Positions 1-10,238 of a stretch of 64,000 nucleotides of DNA are shown here, piece by piece. The notes under the pieces were generated by a model, which was given only the letters and a program-made list of their open reading frames with translations, ran no database searches and was not told where the DNA came from. Source of the stretch: Heptranchias perlo. Taxonomy: Eukaryota. The first letter of the stretch is position 1; each line of letters begins with the position of its first letter. The position numbers and the translations under genes were made by a program. Location: contig NC_090361.1 of assembly GCF_035084215.1 (NCBI RefSeq), positions 3,410,001 to 3,474,000 of the forward strand, written 5' to 3'.

Positions 1-177
1 CCGAGATCTCTGCGCTCCTCCAATTCTGGCCTCCTGTCTGCCCCTCCTACCCCCCGGTCAAGGGGGAAGGACGCGACAGTCACATCCCAGTCCCAGGATG
101 TGTTAATCTTCTGTAAAACACTGGAGACTTTGCGTTATCTGATTAATAACGAACCTCTGAACCACCCGAGCACTTAC

Positions 178-279
178 TGTCTGTTCGATGACGATGGGGA
201 TTAACGGGTGGCGACAGCCTGAAGTCTGATGGATCTTCCTGCATCCCGTCACCAGCTGCCCAGAAAACTGCACAAACGT
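178..279 (-). CDS. CLPP: CLPP coding exon 2 (mitochondrial Clp protease proteolytic subunit; remaining exons lie left of the window)
   Basis: tttag|ACG...ACA|gtaagt, 102 nt, TFVQFSGQLVTGCRKIHQTSGCRHPLIPIVIEQT. LIPIVIEQT matches the ClpP N-terminal LIPIVVEQT motif. Confidence 0.9.
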
Positions 280-539
280 CTAAACAGAAGATTGATAAAT
301 ACATACAAGAAGTGGTGAGATATATTAAAATTAATTTAAGAAGGCGTTAAAGCTCCAACAAGAGGATTTACTGACTCAGCACTCCCGCCCTTTCCCCCTC
401 GTACTCCTTCCCTCCTCTGCCACATGGTCACCTGTAGCCTCCAATACCTCACCCTATCAGCAAACTCACCATGAATCGAACTGGGATCTTCCCAGTTTGT
501 ATGGATCAGTGGTTAAATGATACTATCCTGTGCTTGAAT

Positions 540-660
540 ATTTAGCATTTCCTACATTACAACAGTGGCTACACTACAAAAGTAATTCATTGGCTGTAAA
601 GCTCTTTGGGGTGTCCTGAGGTCAGGAAAGGCGCTATATAAATGCAGGTCTTTCTTTGTA
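540..660 (+). mobile_element. DeuSINE (SacSINE1-like) 3' fragment; a similar fragment is at 2630-2720
   Basis: cctacattacaacagtg...aaaggcgctatataaatgc tail shared with full SINE copies and L2 3' ends. Confidence 0.75.
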
Positions 661-662
661 CT

Positions 663-975
663 GGGGAATTGGATAGCAGTGAGTTAGACACTGGCTTTTT
701 GCCTCTGAGAATCAGGAACTGGAATCAAATCCAGTCCAGATTGAAGGATGAAGGACTCCCCTGTCTGGATCCTCCGCAAAGTGAATTTGTGCAGTTTCAA
801 TCCAGTTCCTGGTGGTTTCGGTCCGCAGCACACAACTCTGACTAATTTGGCACAAACTGGCATTCTGATTCAGAAAGGCCATCGGCTGGAGTGAGAAATG
901 GAAACTGAGTAAAAGGAGCTTAACTCTGTATTGGGCTGTGCTAATCTGACCTGCGAGTGCTTGGTGGGGACACCG
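663..975 (+). mobile_element. tRNA-derived SINE resembling LF-SINE
   Basis: ggggaattggatagc head, caaatccagtccag B-box region, tccagttcctggtgg and aatttggcacaaactggca blocks; related copies at 22265-22400 and 29575-29880. Confidence 0.55.
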
Positions 976-1289
976 GGCTTTTGAAGTACTAACATTTCAT
1001 ATGCAATAAATGTTTTTAAAATGTGTGTGTGTTAAAAAAATATAATGCAGGAAATTCTCTACAGAAAACGAGTGAAGCTCCAAACATTTTCTTACAATGT
1101 GATCACACTCTCGGTATAATATTGGGATCAAACGCACTCCCTCCTGCTCTCCACATCCTTTGCCCCCTCCACTCTTCTTACCCCCTCCCTTCTTGCTCCC
1201 CTCTCCCTCACCTCCTGCCTCCCTCTTCTGCCCTCTCACCTTTTAACCCCTCCTCCCCCCTCACCTCACCTTTGCCTCCTCCTTTTCTT

Positions 1290-2120
1290 ACCTCCTGCCC
1301 CCCTCACTCACCCCCCTCACTCACCCTCGCCTCCTGCCCCCCTCACTCACCCTCGCCTCCTGCCCCCCTCACTCACCCTCGCCTCCTGCCCCCCTCACTC
1401 ACCCTCGCCTCCTGCCCCCCTCACTCACCCTCGCCTCCTGCCTCCCTCACTCACCCTCGCCTCCTGCCCCCCCCTCACTCACCCTCGCCTCCTGCCCCCC
1501 CTCACTCACCCTCGCCTCCTGCCCCCCCTCACTCACCCTCGCCTCCTGCCCCCCCTCACTCACCCTCGCCTCCTGCCCCCCCTCACTCACCCTCGCCTCC
1601 TGCCCCCCCTCACTCACCCTCGCCTCCTGCCCCCCCTCACTCACCCTCGCCTCCTGCCCCCCCTCACTCACCCTCGCCTCCTGCCCCCCCTCACTCACCC
1701 TCGCCTCCTGCCCCCCCTCACTCACCCTCGCCTCCTGCCCCCCTCACTCACCCTCGCCTCCTGCCCCCCTCACTCACCCTCGCCTCCTGCCCCCCTCACT
1801 CACCCTCACCTCCTGCCCCCCTCACTCACCCTCGCCTCCCTCACTCTCCCTCCACTCCCTCACTCACCCTCACCTCCTGCCCCCCTCACTCTCCCTCTCC
1901 CTCCACACCCTCGCCTCCTGCCCCCCTCACTCACCCTCGCCTCCTGCCCCCCTCACTCTCCCTCTCCCTCCACACCCTCGCCTCCTGCCCCCCTCACTCA
2001 CCCTCGCCTCCTGCCCCCCTCACTCACCCTCGCCTCCTGCCCCCCTCACTCACCCTCACCTCCTGCCCCCCTCACTCACCCTCGCCTCCCTCACTCACCC
2101 TCCACCCCCTCACTCACCCT
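1290..2120. repeat. C-rich/G-rich minisatellite, 26-27 bp unit (cctcactcaccctcgcctcctgccccc), about 30 copies, in CLPP intron 1
   Basis: Directly visible tandem array. Confidence 0.97.
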
Positions 2121-2144
2121 CAGTCTCAGTCTCTGAAGCACCAT
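2118..2144 (-). CDS. CLPP: CLPP coding exon 1 (start of mitochondrial transit peptide)
   Basis: aacaacATG GTG CTT CAG AGA CTG AGA CTG AGG|gtgagt = MVLQRLRLR, phase 0, in frame with exon 2; Arg/Leu-rich; adjacent to a CpG-rich promoter. Confidence 0.75.
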
Positions 2145-2159
2145 GTTGTTTCCTTTTTA

Positions 2160-2350
2160 CCTTCGACCCGGACATTCTCAGTGAGTTCCCCCCCCCCGGG
2201 GTGTCCAACCGATGACGTAAGCCGGAAGGAGGCTCAGCCTTTCACCATGGTAACGGGGCCTATCGCGAAGCTTCAGTAACACCAGCTCCTTAAAGGTGAA
2301 AAGCGGCTGCTGGAAACTCGCGAACCTTCACCCTCCGCGGGCGGGAGATT
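2160..2350 (-). promoter_or_regulatory. CpG-rich CLPP promoter
   Basis: CRE-like TGACGTAA 2213-2220, ETS CCGGAAG 2222-2228, RFX-like CCATGGTAAC 2245-2254, TCGCGA motifs near 2263 and 2318. Confidence 0.6.
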
Positions 2351-2779
2351 TTTATTGTTTCATAAAACTGGAAACAGCGGAATATCTTCAATTGCTGTTT
2401 TCTCATCTGTAGAGTCGGGAGAGTTTGGCCAACCATAAAGTAGCGCAGAGTTTGTTTGAGTGAGTTCCAAGATTCAGATCCAGTGAGAGTCGGATAAACT
2501 CAACTCATGCCCAGAGTGCTTCTGGTTTCATGTTTTCCTTAATGAATAATTAAATTTATCCTTTCAAATTAAATTATCAATGGCCTAATAACAGTAGATG
2601 TAAAAAAAAAATCCTGCAAATGCAATTTCCCTACAACAATAACTACACTTCATTGGCTGTAAAACGATTTGGGATGTCCTGAGGTTGTGAAAGGCGCTAT
2701 ATAAATGCAAGTCTTTCTTTACTGGACTTCTGTAATTAGAAAATTATGGAAATACACAGCAGATCAAAGACAACTTAAT

Positions 2780-2925
2780 CAAAAACAAAATACTGCGGAT
2801 GCTGGAAATCTGAAAATAAAAACAGAAAATGCTGGAAACATGAGTTCAGGCGATCCTGAGCTCTGTTTTTCTCTCTCCCCACAGATGCTCCCTGACCTGC
2901 TGAGTGTTTCCAGCATTTTCTGTTT
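2780..2925. mobile_element. Penelope-like terminal-repeat fragments in inverted arrangement
   Basis: aaacagaaaatgctggaaaca (~2820-2840) and its reverse complement (~2905-2925); same family as 10125-10240. Confidence 0.6.
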
Positions 2926-3189
2926 AGACAACTTGATGTTTGGGATAGAGGTGCTTCGAACTGGAAACCTGACCTTCTCCACCCACGTCCGATAAACGTC
3001 CTCCTCCTGAAACACTAGTCTGTCTTTTCTTGCTGAGTATTGTCAATGGTAACTAGTGCTCCCAATGACCCATTAAGGCGGGAACGTTGCCCCCCTCAAA
3101 ACAAATCAAATCAGTTTTTCACCACTTTACCTTTTTTGATGGATGAATTAAAATGGTCAACATGGCTTTCCTCATCCATATGTTTTTCT

Positions 3190-3480
3190 TTATTTATTCT
3201 CGGGATGTGGGCATCACTGGCAAAGTTGGTATTTATTGCCCATCCCTAATTGCCCTTGAGAAGGTGGTGGTGAGCCGCCTTCTTGAACCGCTGCAGTCCG
3301 TGTGGTGACGGTTCTCCCACAGTGCTGTTAGGAACGGAGTTCCAGGATTTTGACCCAGTGATGATGAAGGAACGGCGATATATTTCCAAGTCGGGATGGT
3401 GTGTGACTTGGAGGGGAACTTGGAGGTGACGGTGTTCCCACGCACTGCTGCCCTCGTCCTTCCAGGTGGTGAAGCTGGTG
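3190..3480 (-). mobile_element. LINE 3' fragment, family uncertain; further copies at 53690-53820 (-) and 61350-61705 (+)
   Basis: Shared end gggcaattagggatgggcaataaa; near-identical translations in ORFs 3233-3571 and 61277-61663. Confidence 0.7.
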
Positions 3481-4009
3481 GAGTATCTCGTGATGTGAAA
3501 CGCCACTGATGATTGTGGACAGTAATTCTTATTTGTTTTTGGAATGTGGCCAAAGCCTGGTAAAGCAACATTTATTGTCCATGTGTTTTTCTGAGGATAT
3601 TAGGAATCAACCCTGTCGCATGGGACAGGAGTGTTGTGTAGACTCAGAATGGGAGAGGACGGCAGGTTCCCTTCCCTGAAGGACATTAGTGAACCAGTTG
3701 GGTTTTTGCAACAATCTGGCTGCTCTCATGGTCATTTTCTGGTGCCAGCCCTTAAATTACGAGTTTTATTGAATTCAGTTTCATAATTTGCTACAGTGGG
3801 ATTTGAACTCACAACTTCTGGGTTGTGAATCTAATACCAGGACCAGTAAATTACCATAAACTTGTCCAATCACACAATGGACATTTAATCCCCAGGCTGA
3901 GAGCAGGTGCGATCTGACCCATTTCACACATGTGTACAGCTGTTTCCTTTTGATTGCCCCGCACCATTCTAGTTTTATATGATATACCTGTATGGTCTCA
4001 CGCAAAGAA

Positions 4010-4290
4010 AAAGACTTGCATTTATATAGCGCCTTTCCCATCCCAAAGTGCTTTGCAGCCAATGAAGTGTAGTCAATGTTGTAACGCGGCAGCCAATTTG
4101 CGCACAGCAAGCTCCCACAAACAGCAATGACCAGACCATTTGTTTCAGTGATGTTGGTAGAGGGATAAACATTAGCTGGGGACACCGGGGAGATCTCCGC
4201 CCCGCTCCTCCTCCAAATAGCGGCTGCGGGATCTTTTACACCCGGCCCGACGGGGACCTCGGTTCAACGTCTCATCCGAAAGACGGCAGT
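4010..4290 (-). mobile_element. DeuSINE (SacSINE1-like), partial
   Basis: Deu-domain motifs ccaatttgcgcacagcaag, gggatcttttaca and gtctcatccgaaagacggca. Confidence 0.8.
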
Positions 4291-4614
4291 GCGGCTCTCC
4301 GAGAGAAACGTACAAGTTCAGTCGGACGATAAATCGTGGCCCTGTTTTCTTTTTTTTTTGCAAAAACTTTTATTTTTAAAAAATGGAATCATCCAATAAT
4401 TTGAACGAAGCAACAATACAGTGCCGACAAACTGGAATGGTCCAGAGAGGCTCTTGTCTGTATTGTCTTGCCCCTCCCCCCCCCTCCCAGTAGTAAACCA
4501 TGGGGCGAGTTACTGTCGGCCACCCGCCGATGTCTGGGTGTGGAAATTGTTACTTTGTTAACTTTTTGTTGCGGGGGGCGGGAAATTGTTGCCTTTTTTT
4601 TGCTACATTGAAAC

Positions 4615-4701
4615 ATGTCGGCGAGTAACAGCGGCAGCGTCCTCCTGATGCGGAAACTGGTGCAGCAACTGCGCCTGGAGGCCAGTGTGGAGCGGGTTAA
4701 G
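4615..4701 (+). CDS. G protein gamma subunit (GNG5/GNG10-like), coding exon 1
   Basis: ATG...AAG|gtgagg, MSASNSGSVLLMRKLVQQLRLEASVERVK; canonical G-gamma intron position (RVK/VSQ). Confidence 0.95.
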
Positions 4702-5179
4702 GTGAGGAGGGTGAGGGAGGAGAGAGTGAGTGAGTGAGTGAGGAGGAGGAGGGGGGTTTAAACCACCCTCAGAGGGGCTTTAATCCAGGGCGTGGCGGCT
4801 CTTTAACACACAGGGCCCCGGGGAGTCAGACACACTCCTCCTCCCTCCACTGACTTTAAAGCTTAGTCGGTTGGATATCTTCCAAAATAATAATAATAAT
4901 AATGTTTTGCTTCTTCAAAGCTGACATCTTCCACGATTAGGGGCTGCTGGCATTATTTTTTTTTAAAAAGAATAAGGAATTGCAACCCTCCCTCGCCTTT
5001 ATACTTAACTTTGGGAAACGCCCCAAGACTTAAAACAGCCGGAACCAGACACAAAAAAAGTGACACCGAGCCACACAAGGAGACATCAGGACAGATGACC
5101 AAAAGCTTGGTCAAAGTGGAGGGTTTTAAGGAGTTTTTTTCTATATATATATATATATATAAAAAAAAAGAAAAATCAT

Positions 5180-5525
5180 TGTAGGGGTGTGGACATTGCT
5201 GGCTAGGCCGGTATTTATTGCCCATCTCTAGATACCCCTTGAGCAGCTTTTCAGAGGGCAGTTAACAGTCAACCACCTTGGTGTAGGTCTGGAGTCACAT
5301 GTAGACCCAGACTGGGTAAGGACGGTCAGGTTTCCTGCCCTACAGGATGGCAGTGAACCAGTTGGGGTTTGTACGACAATCCGACCCCTCCGTGGTCACT
5401 TTTACTGAGACCAGCTTTTTATTTCCAGATTTTAAAAAAAATTGAATTTAAATTCTCAAAGTGCCACGGTGGGATTTGGACTCGGGATTGTTAATCCAGT
5501 AACATAACCACGACACTACTGTACC
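5180..5525 (-). mobile_element. tRNA-derived SINE sharing its 3' tail with the LINE at 3190; second copy ~3640-3860
   Basis: gtgaaccagttggg core present in both copies; tail gggcaataaata. Confidence 0.6.
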
Positions 5526-5829
5526 TCTTAGAACAGAGGGAGAGGTTTTCCTTCTTGCTTAAAACAAAAAGGAATGTAAAAATGTCACCTGCAATCCTAG
5601 TTTTTAAATCTCACCAATTTTGATATTTTCACACTCAAATAAAGTAAACTCGAACTTCCTGAGCCTCGATTTTTCAGCCCCACTTCAGGCAGATGTGGGT
5701 ACAGATAACGGCCATCCCGCTGGATTCCAGTCAATGGCCCTCGTTTCTGGGATTTACCTCCAGAGCTGACAGTGTGGTCATTGAACGCGGGCGAGAGCAT
5801 TCAGACAACAGGGTGATGGCGGGCTGATA

Positions 5830-6620
5830 ACTTGCATTTATATAGAGGCGTAATCAGGACAAAAACATGGACACTGAAGGAGATATTAGGAGGGGTGATT
5901 TAAAAGCTTCGGCAAAGAGGTGGGTTTTAAGGGGGCCTTGAAGGCGGAGAGGTTTAGGGAGTGAATTCCATGGCGTAGGGCCTAAACGGCTGAAGGCACG
6001 GCCGCCAATGGTGGGGGATATATAAACGGCCAGAGTCAGAGGAAAAGAGAGTTTTCAGGGGGTGTTGTAGGGCTGGAGGAGTTTACAGAGATAGTGAAGG
6101 GCGAGGCCATGAAAGGAGTTAAACACGTGAATTTTAAATTGGAGGCGTTGGGGGACCTGGAGCCAATGTAGGTCAGCAAGGTCAGGGGTGATGGGTGAAC
6201 GGGACTTGGTGCGAGTTAGAATAGGGGCAGCAGAGTCTTGGATAAGCTGAATTTCATGGAAGATGGGAGGCCGGCCAGGAGAGCATTGGATCAAGTCTGG
6301 AGTTGACAAAGGATGGTATCAGGGTTTCAGCAGGAGGTGGGCGATGCTGTGGAGGTGGAAGGAGGCGGTCTTGGCGATGGGGACGATATGGGTTCGGATT
6401 CTCAGCTGTGGGTCTGATGGGAGCCCGGGGTTGGGAACAGTCTGGTTCAGCCTGAGACAATGGCCAGGGAGAGGGATGGAATCGGTGGCTCGGGAATGGA
6501 TTTTGTGACAGGGGTCGAAGACAACTGCTTCAGGTCTTCCCACTGTTTAATGGAGGAAATTGCAGCTCATCCAGGACAGGATATCGGACCAGCTGTCTGA
6601 CAACGTAAAGGCAGTGGAGG
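5830..6620 (-). mobile_element. L2-type LINE 3' fragment, degenerate
   Basis: Translation QLIQDSAAPILTRTKSRSPITP matches the RT C-terminal region at 56040-57475. Confidence 0.85.
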
Positions 6621-7189
6621 AATTGAGAGAGTTGGTGAAATATTTACAAATATCGGGGGGGGGGGAATTGTCTGATCTTAACTGTGGGGAAATGTTATTT
6701 TTAAATATTTCAGACAGTTTAATAGCAAGATGAATGTCACCGCACTGTGACCAGGGCTTACTGCAGACTGTACTGTGAAACAAAGCAGCCCAGTGTCTGC
6801 CCTTCTGCTTAAGGTCATGTGTGTAGCATAAAATAGGGCAAATGATTCATCATCACTCGGGTCCATTCTAACAACGAAACATTCTGGAACTGCAGCAGGA
6901 CGTGAACTGTGTTCACTTTTCATCGACCCGTCACCAACTCGTGTCCTGGGCTCGCGCCCGGCCACTTTCTCCAACTCCTCCTTACTGCTTTTAATTATCT
7001 TTAGAGCGGGAAAAAAGTATCCCACCCGTTATTTATTCCTCCCCTTCCTCTCCCGAAGGCACAGACCCATCGGTAGCCCCCAACCCCCATGCCCAATCTT
7101 CACGTATGGGGCAAGACGGCAAGTGTCACCAGACTATTTTACCATGGAGGGCATCACATTTCAACATAACCTGTCCGACTCGCACATTC

Positions 7190-7730
7190 GAACAGGACGA
7201 GGCCATTCAGCCCCTCGAGCCTGTTCCGCCATTCAATTAGATCACGGCTGATCTGTATCTTAACTCCATTTACCCGCCTCGGTTCCGTAACCCTTAATAC
7301 CCTTTGCCTAACAAAAATTTATTAATCTCAGTTTTGAAATTTTCAATTGACCCCCAGCCTCAACAGCTTTTTGGGGGAGAGAGTTCCAGATTCCCACTCC
7401 CCTTTGTGTGAAGAAGTGCTTCCTGACATCACCCCTGAACGGCCTAGCTCTGATTTTAAGATTATGCCCCCTTGTAATGTATTACACTTTGCAGCACAAT
7501 CACAGGTGGTAATTGTAGAATCATAGTGATACAGCACAGAAAGAGGCCATTCGGCCCATCGTGCCTGTGCTGGCTCTTAGAAAGAGTTATCCAATTAGTC
7601 CCTCTCCCCTGCTCTTTCCTCATGGCCCTGCAAATTTTTTCCCTTCAAGTATTTATCCAATTCCCTTTTGAAAGTTACTATTGAATCTGCTTCCACCGCC
7701 CTTTCAGGCAGCGCATTCCAGATCAGAACA
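7190..7730 (-). mobile_element. Two CR1 LINE 3' fragments
   Basis: aggccattcagcccctcgag and aagaagtgcttcctgacatc CR1 3'-end motifs. Confidence 0.8.
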
Positions 7731-8073
7731 AGATTGGGATTGGAATCAAAGATCAGGATCTCTGGCCAATTTTTCCCTCTCCTTAGCCCCTGGGAACGCT
7801 GAGGCCAAACTTACAGTTTCTACTCTGACCTCAGCTGAAAGGTCCCTGTGACAAAAAATGAAGTATTACACCTTAGGGTGTCTAAAATCCAGCTGCAGTG
7901 ATACAGATGTTGCGAGGACAGGCCAGTCTAACTGAGAGGCCGCAGGGAGGAGCCAAGTCACGTTCAAACAAACATGTACTGTGGGATTTGCTGAGTTATG
8001 TTAATGACAGCAATTTACTTTCGAATTTCACTCAGATCCAGGAAACCCAAGCAACTGTTTTCAGAGGTACTTA

Positions 8074-8580
8074 GCTTGGTCAAAGAGGTAGGTTTTAAGG
8101 AGGAGAGAGAGGCGGAGAGGTTTAGGGAGGGAATTCTAGAGCTTAGGGCCTAGGCAGCTGAATGCACGGCCGCCAATGGTGGAGCGATTAAAATCGGGGA
8201 TGTGCAAGAGGTCAGAATTGGAGGAGTGCAGAGATCTCGGGGAGTAGTCGGGCTGGAGGAGGTTACAGAGATAGGGAGGGGCGAGGGCCATGGAGGGATT
8301 TGAAAACAAGGATGAGAATTTTAAAACCGAGGCGTTCCCGGACCGGGAGCCAATGTAGGTCAGCGAGCACAGGGGGTGATGGGTGAACGGGACTTGGTGC
8401 GAGTTAGGATACGGGCAGCAAAGTTTTGGATGAGCTCAAATTTATGAAGGGTGGAAGATGGGAGACCGGCCAGGAGAGCATTGGAATAGTCCAGTCTGGA
8501 GGTAACAAAGGCACGGATGAGGGTTTCAGCAGCAGATGAGCTGAGGCGGGGCGGAGACGGGCGGTTTTGGTGATGGAGAC
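8074..8580 (-). mobile_element. L2-type LINE 3' fragment
   Basis: Reverse complement of 56850-57360. Confidence 0.85.
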
Positions 8581-8954
8581 ACTATAGGGGTAAAAATCTG
8601 CTGTAAATATGTATTATATTGCAATTATATATTTGCTTGCTCATCATTTTTTTTCAATAATTTCACTTAGTATCTAAAATTATATCTGCTGTTGTCATGC
8701 TTTGCTGTTTTTTGAAGATGGAGGCACAGGAATGGATCCAGGAACTGGAGTCATTCAGAGGGAGGTTGATTGTTGGTTATTCTGGGCTTGAAATCTGAAA
8801 GTTACCTTGATATCAGAGCCAGTGACCACACTCCAGACTGAAGGGAGTTAACACTCATCTAATCTAAAAATACACAGCAAAGGATCTGGAGTAAGAAAGG
8901 CAGAAAAAACCCAATGCAGAAGGAGCAAAAAAGAATGAGATTAGAGCTGAGAGG

Positions 8955-9395
8955 TTTATAACGATCAGGGAAGGCTGAACAGGCTGCGGCTCTATTCACT
9001 AGAAAAGAGAAGGCTGAGGGGTGACCTGATAGAAGTGTTTAAAATTATGAAGGGGTTTGCTAGGGGAGATGTTTCCACTTGTGGGGGAGACCAAAACTAG
9101 AGGACATAAATATAAGATAATCACTAATAAATCCAATAGGGAATTCAGGAGAAACTTCTTTACCCAGAGAGTGGTGAGAATGTGGAACTCGCTACCACAA
9201 GGAGTAGTTGAGGTGAACAGTATAGATACATTTAAGGGGAAGCTAGATAAACACACGAGGGAGAAAGGAATAGAAGGATATGCTGATAGGGTGAGATGAA
9301 GTAGTGAGGAGACTCGTGTGGAGCATAAACACCGGCATAGACCAGTTGGGCCGAATGGCCTGTCTCTGTGCTGTAAATTCCATTTAATTCTATGT
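8955..9395 (+). mobile_element. CR1 LINE 3' fragment
   Basis: TRGHKYK...RRNFFTQRVVRMWNSLP, the CR1 ORF2 C-terminus. Confidence 0.9.
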
Positions 9396-9680
9396 AGAGT
9401 CACAGAATCTACCCCAGTTAATGGCTTCAGGAACAGCAGGGGAGAAAAATGGTTGGGAACAGAAAGCAAAATACATCTTTATAAATCTTTGCTCCCAGCT
9501 ATATTGTAGTTTAGTTGAGATGAAACCTTTTGGTGAGTTTCAGTTACAACCTCAGTCATTGTCTCTTTATAAATTGTAAAGCCCAAGTTATAGTTACGTT
9601 CCGCTCCCCAGTACTGATGAGCATAAAAACAATTATGTTGCACGTCCCATTGCACCATCTTCCACAGCCGTGTACTGTAG

Positions 9681-9872
<192 letters not shown>

Positions 9873-10201
9873 TCTCAACAGGCATCGTACGGCTGTCCAG
9901 TAAATGGTAACAGAAGTTTAATACTTTAGTCTATATATTTCCTTTTATATTCCTGGGACCGAGAGCACGGCTGTTTATAAACTCCTTGCTCCTTCTGTCT
10001 GCTGTATAATTATCCACTTGCGCTACAGGTTTACTTGATCAGATTCCCTGTGTGACTGATGGTGTTCTGGGAGACTGTGAGTAGACGCACAGAGCTGAGG
10101 AAGGTGGCGTTTGAAAAGCGCACAATAAAACTTGAGCTAAAAACGGAAAATACTGGAAACCCTCAGCAGGTCCGGTGGGATCCGCAGAGCGAGAGAGACG
10201 G

Positions 10202-10238
10202 AGTTAACGTTTCAGGTCGATGACCTTTCATCAGAACT
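10202..10238 (-). ncRNA. Minimal type-I hammerhead ribozyme motif in a Penelope-like repeat fragment (10125-10240)
   Basis: AGUU CUGAUGA A AGGUC-AUC-GACCU GAAA CG UU AACU: catalytic core plus paired stems I and II. Confidence 0.7.

Noticed and set aside
1023-2279. 418-aa Pro-rich, extensin-like ORF and the antisense SEGGQEARV repeat ORF
   Set aside because: Translation of a stop-poor minisatellite in CLPP intron 1; non-ATG start
4500-4628. Out-of-frame upstream ORF overlapping the G-gamma start
   Set aside because: TSS unknown, so it may not be in the transcript
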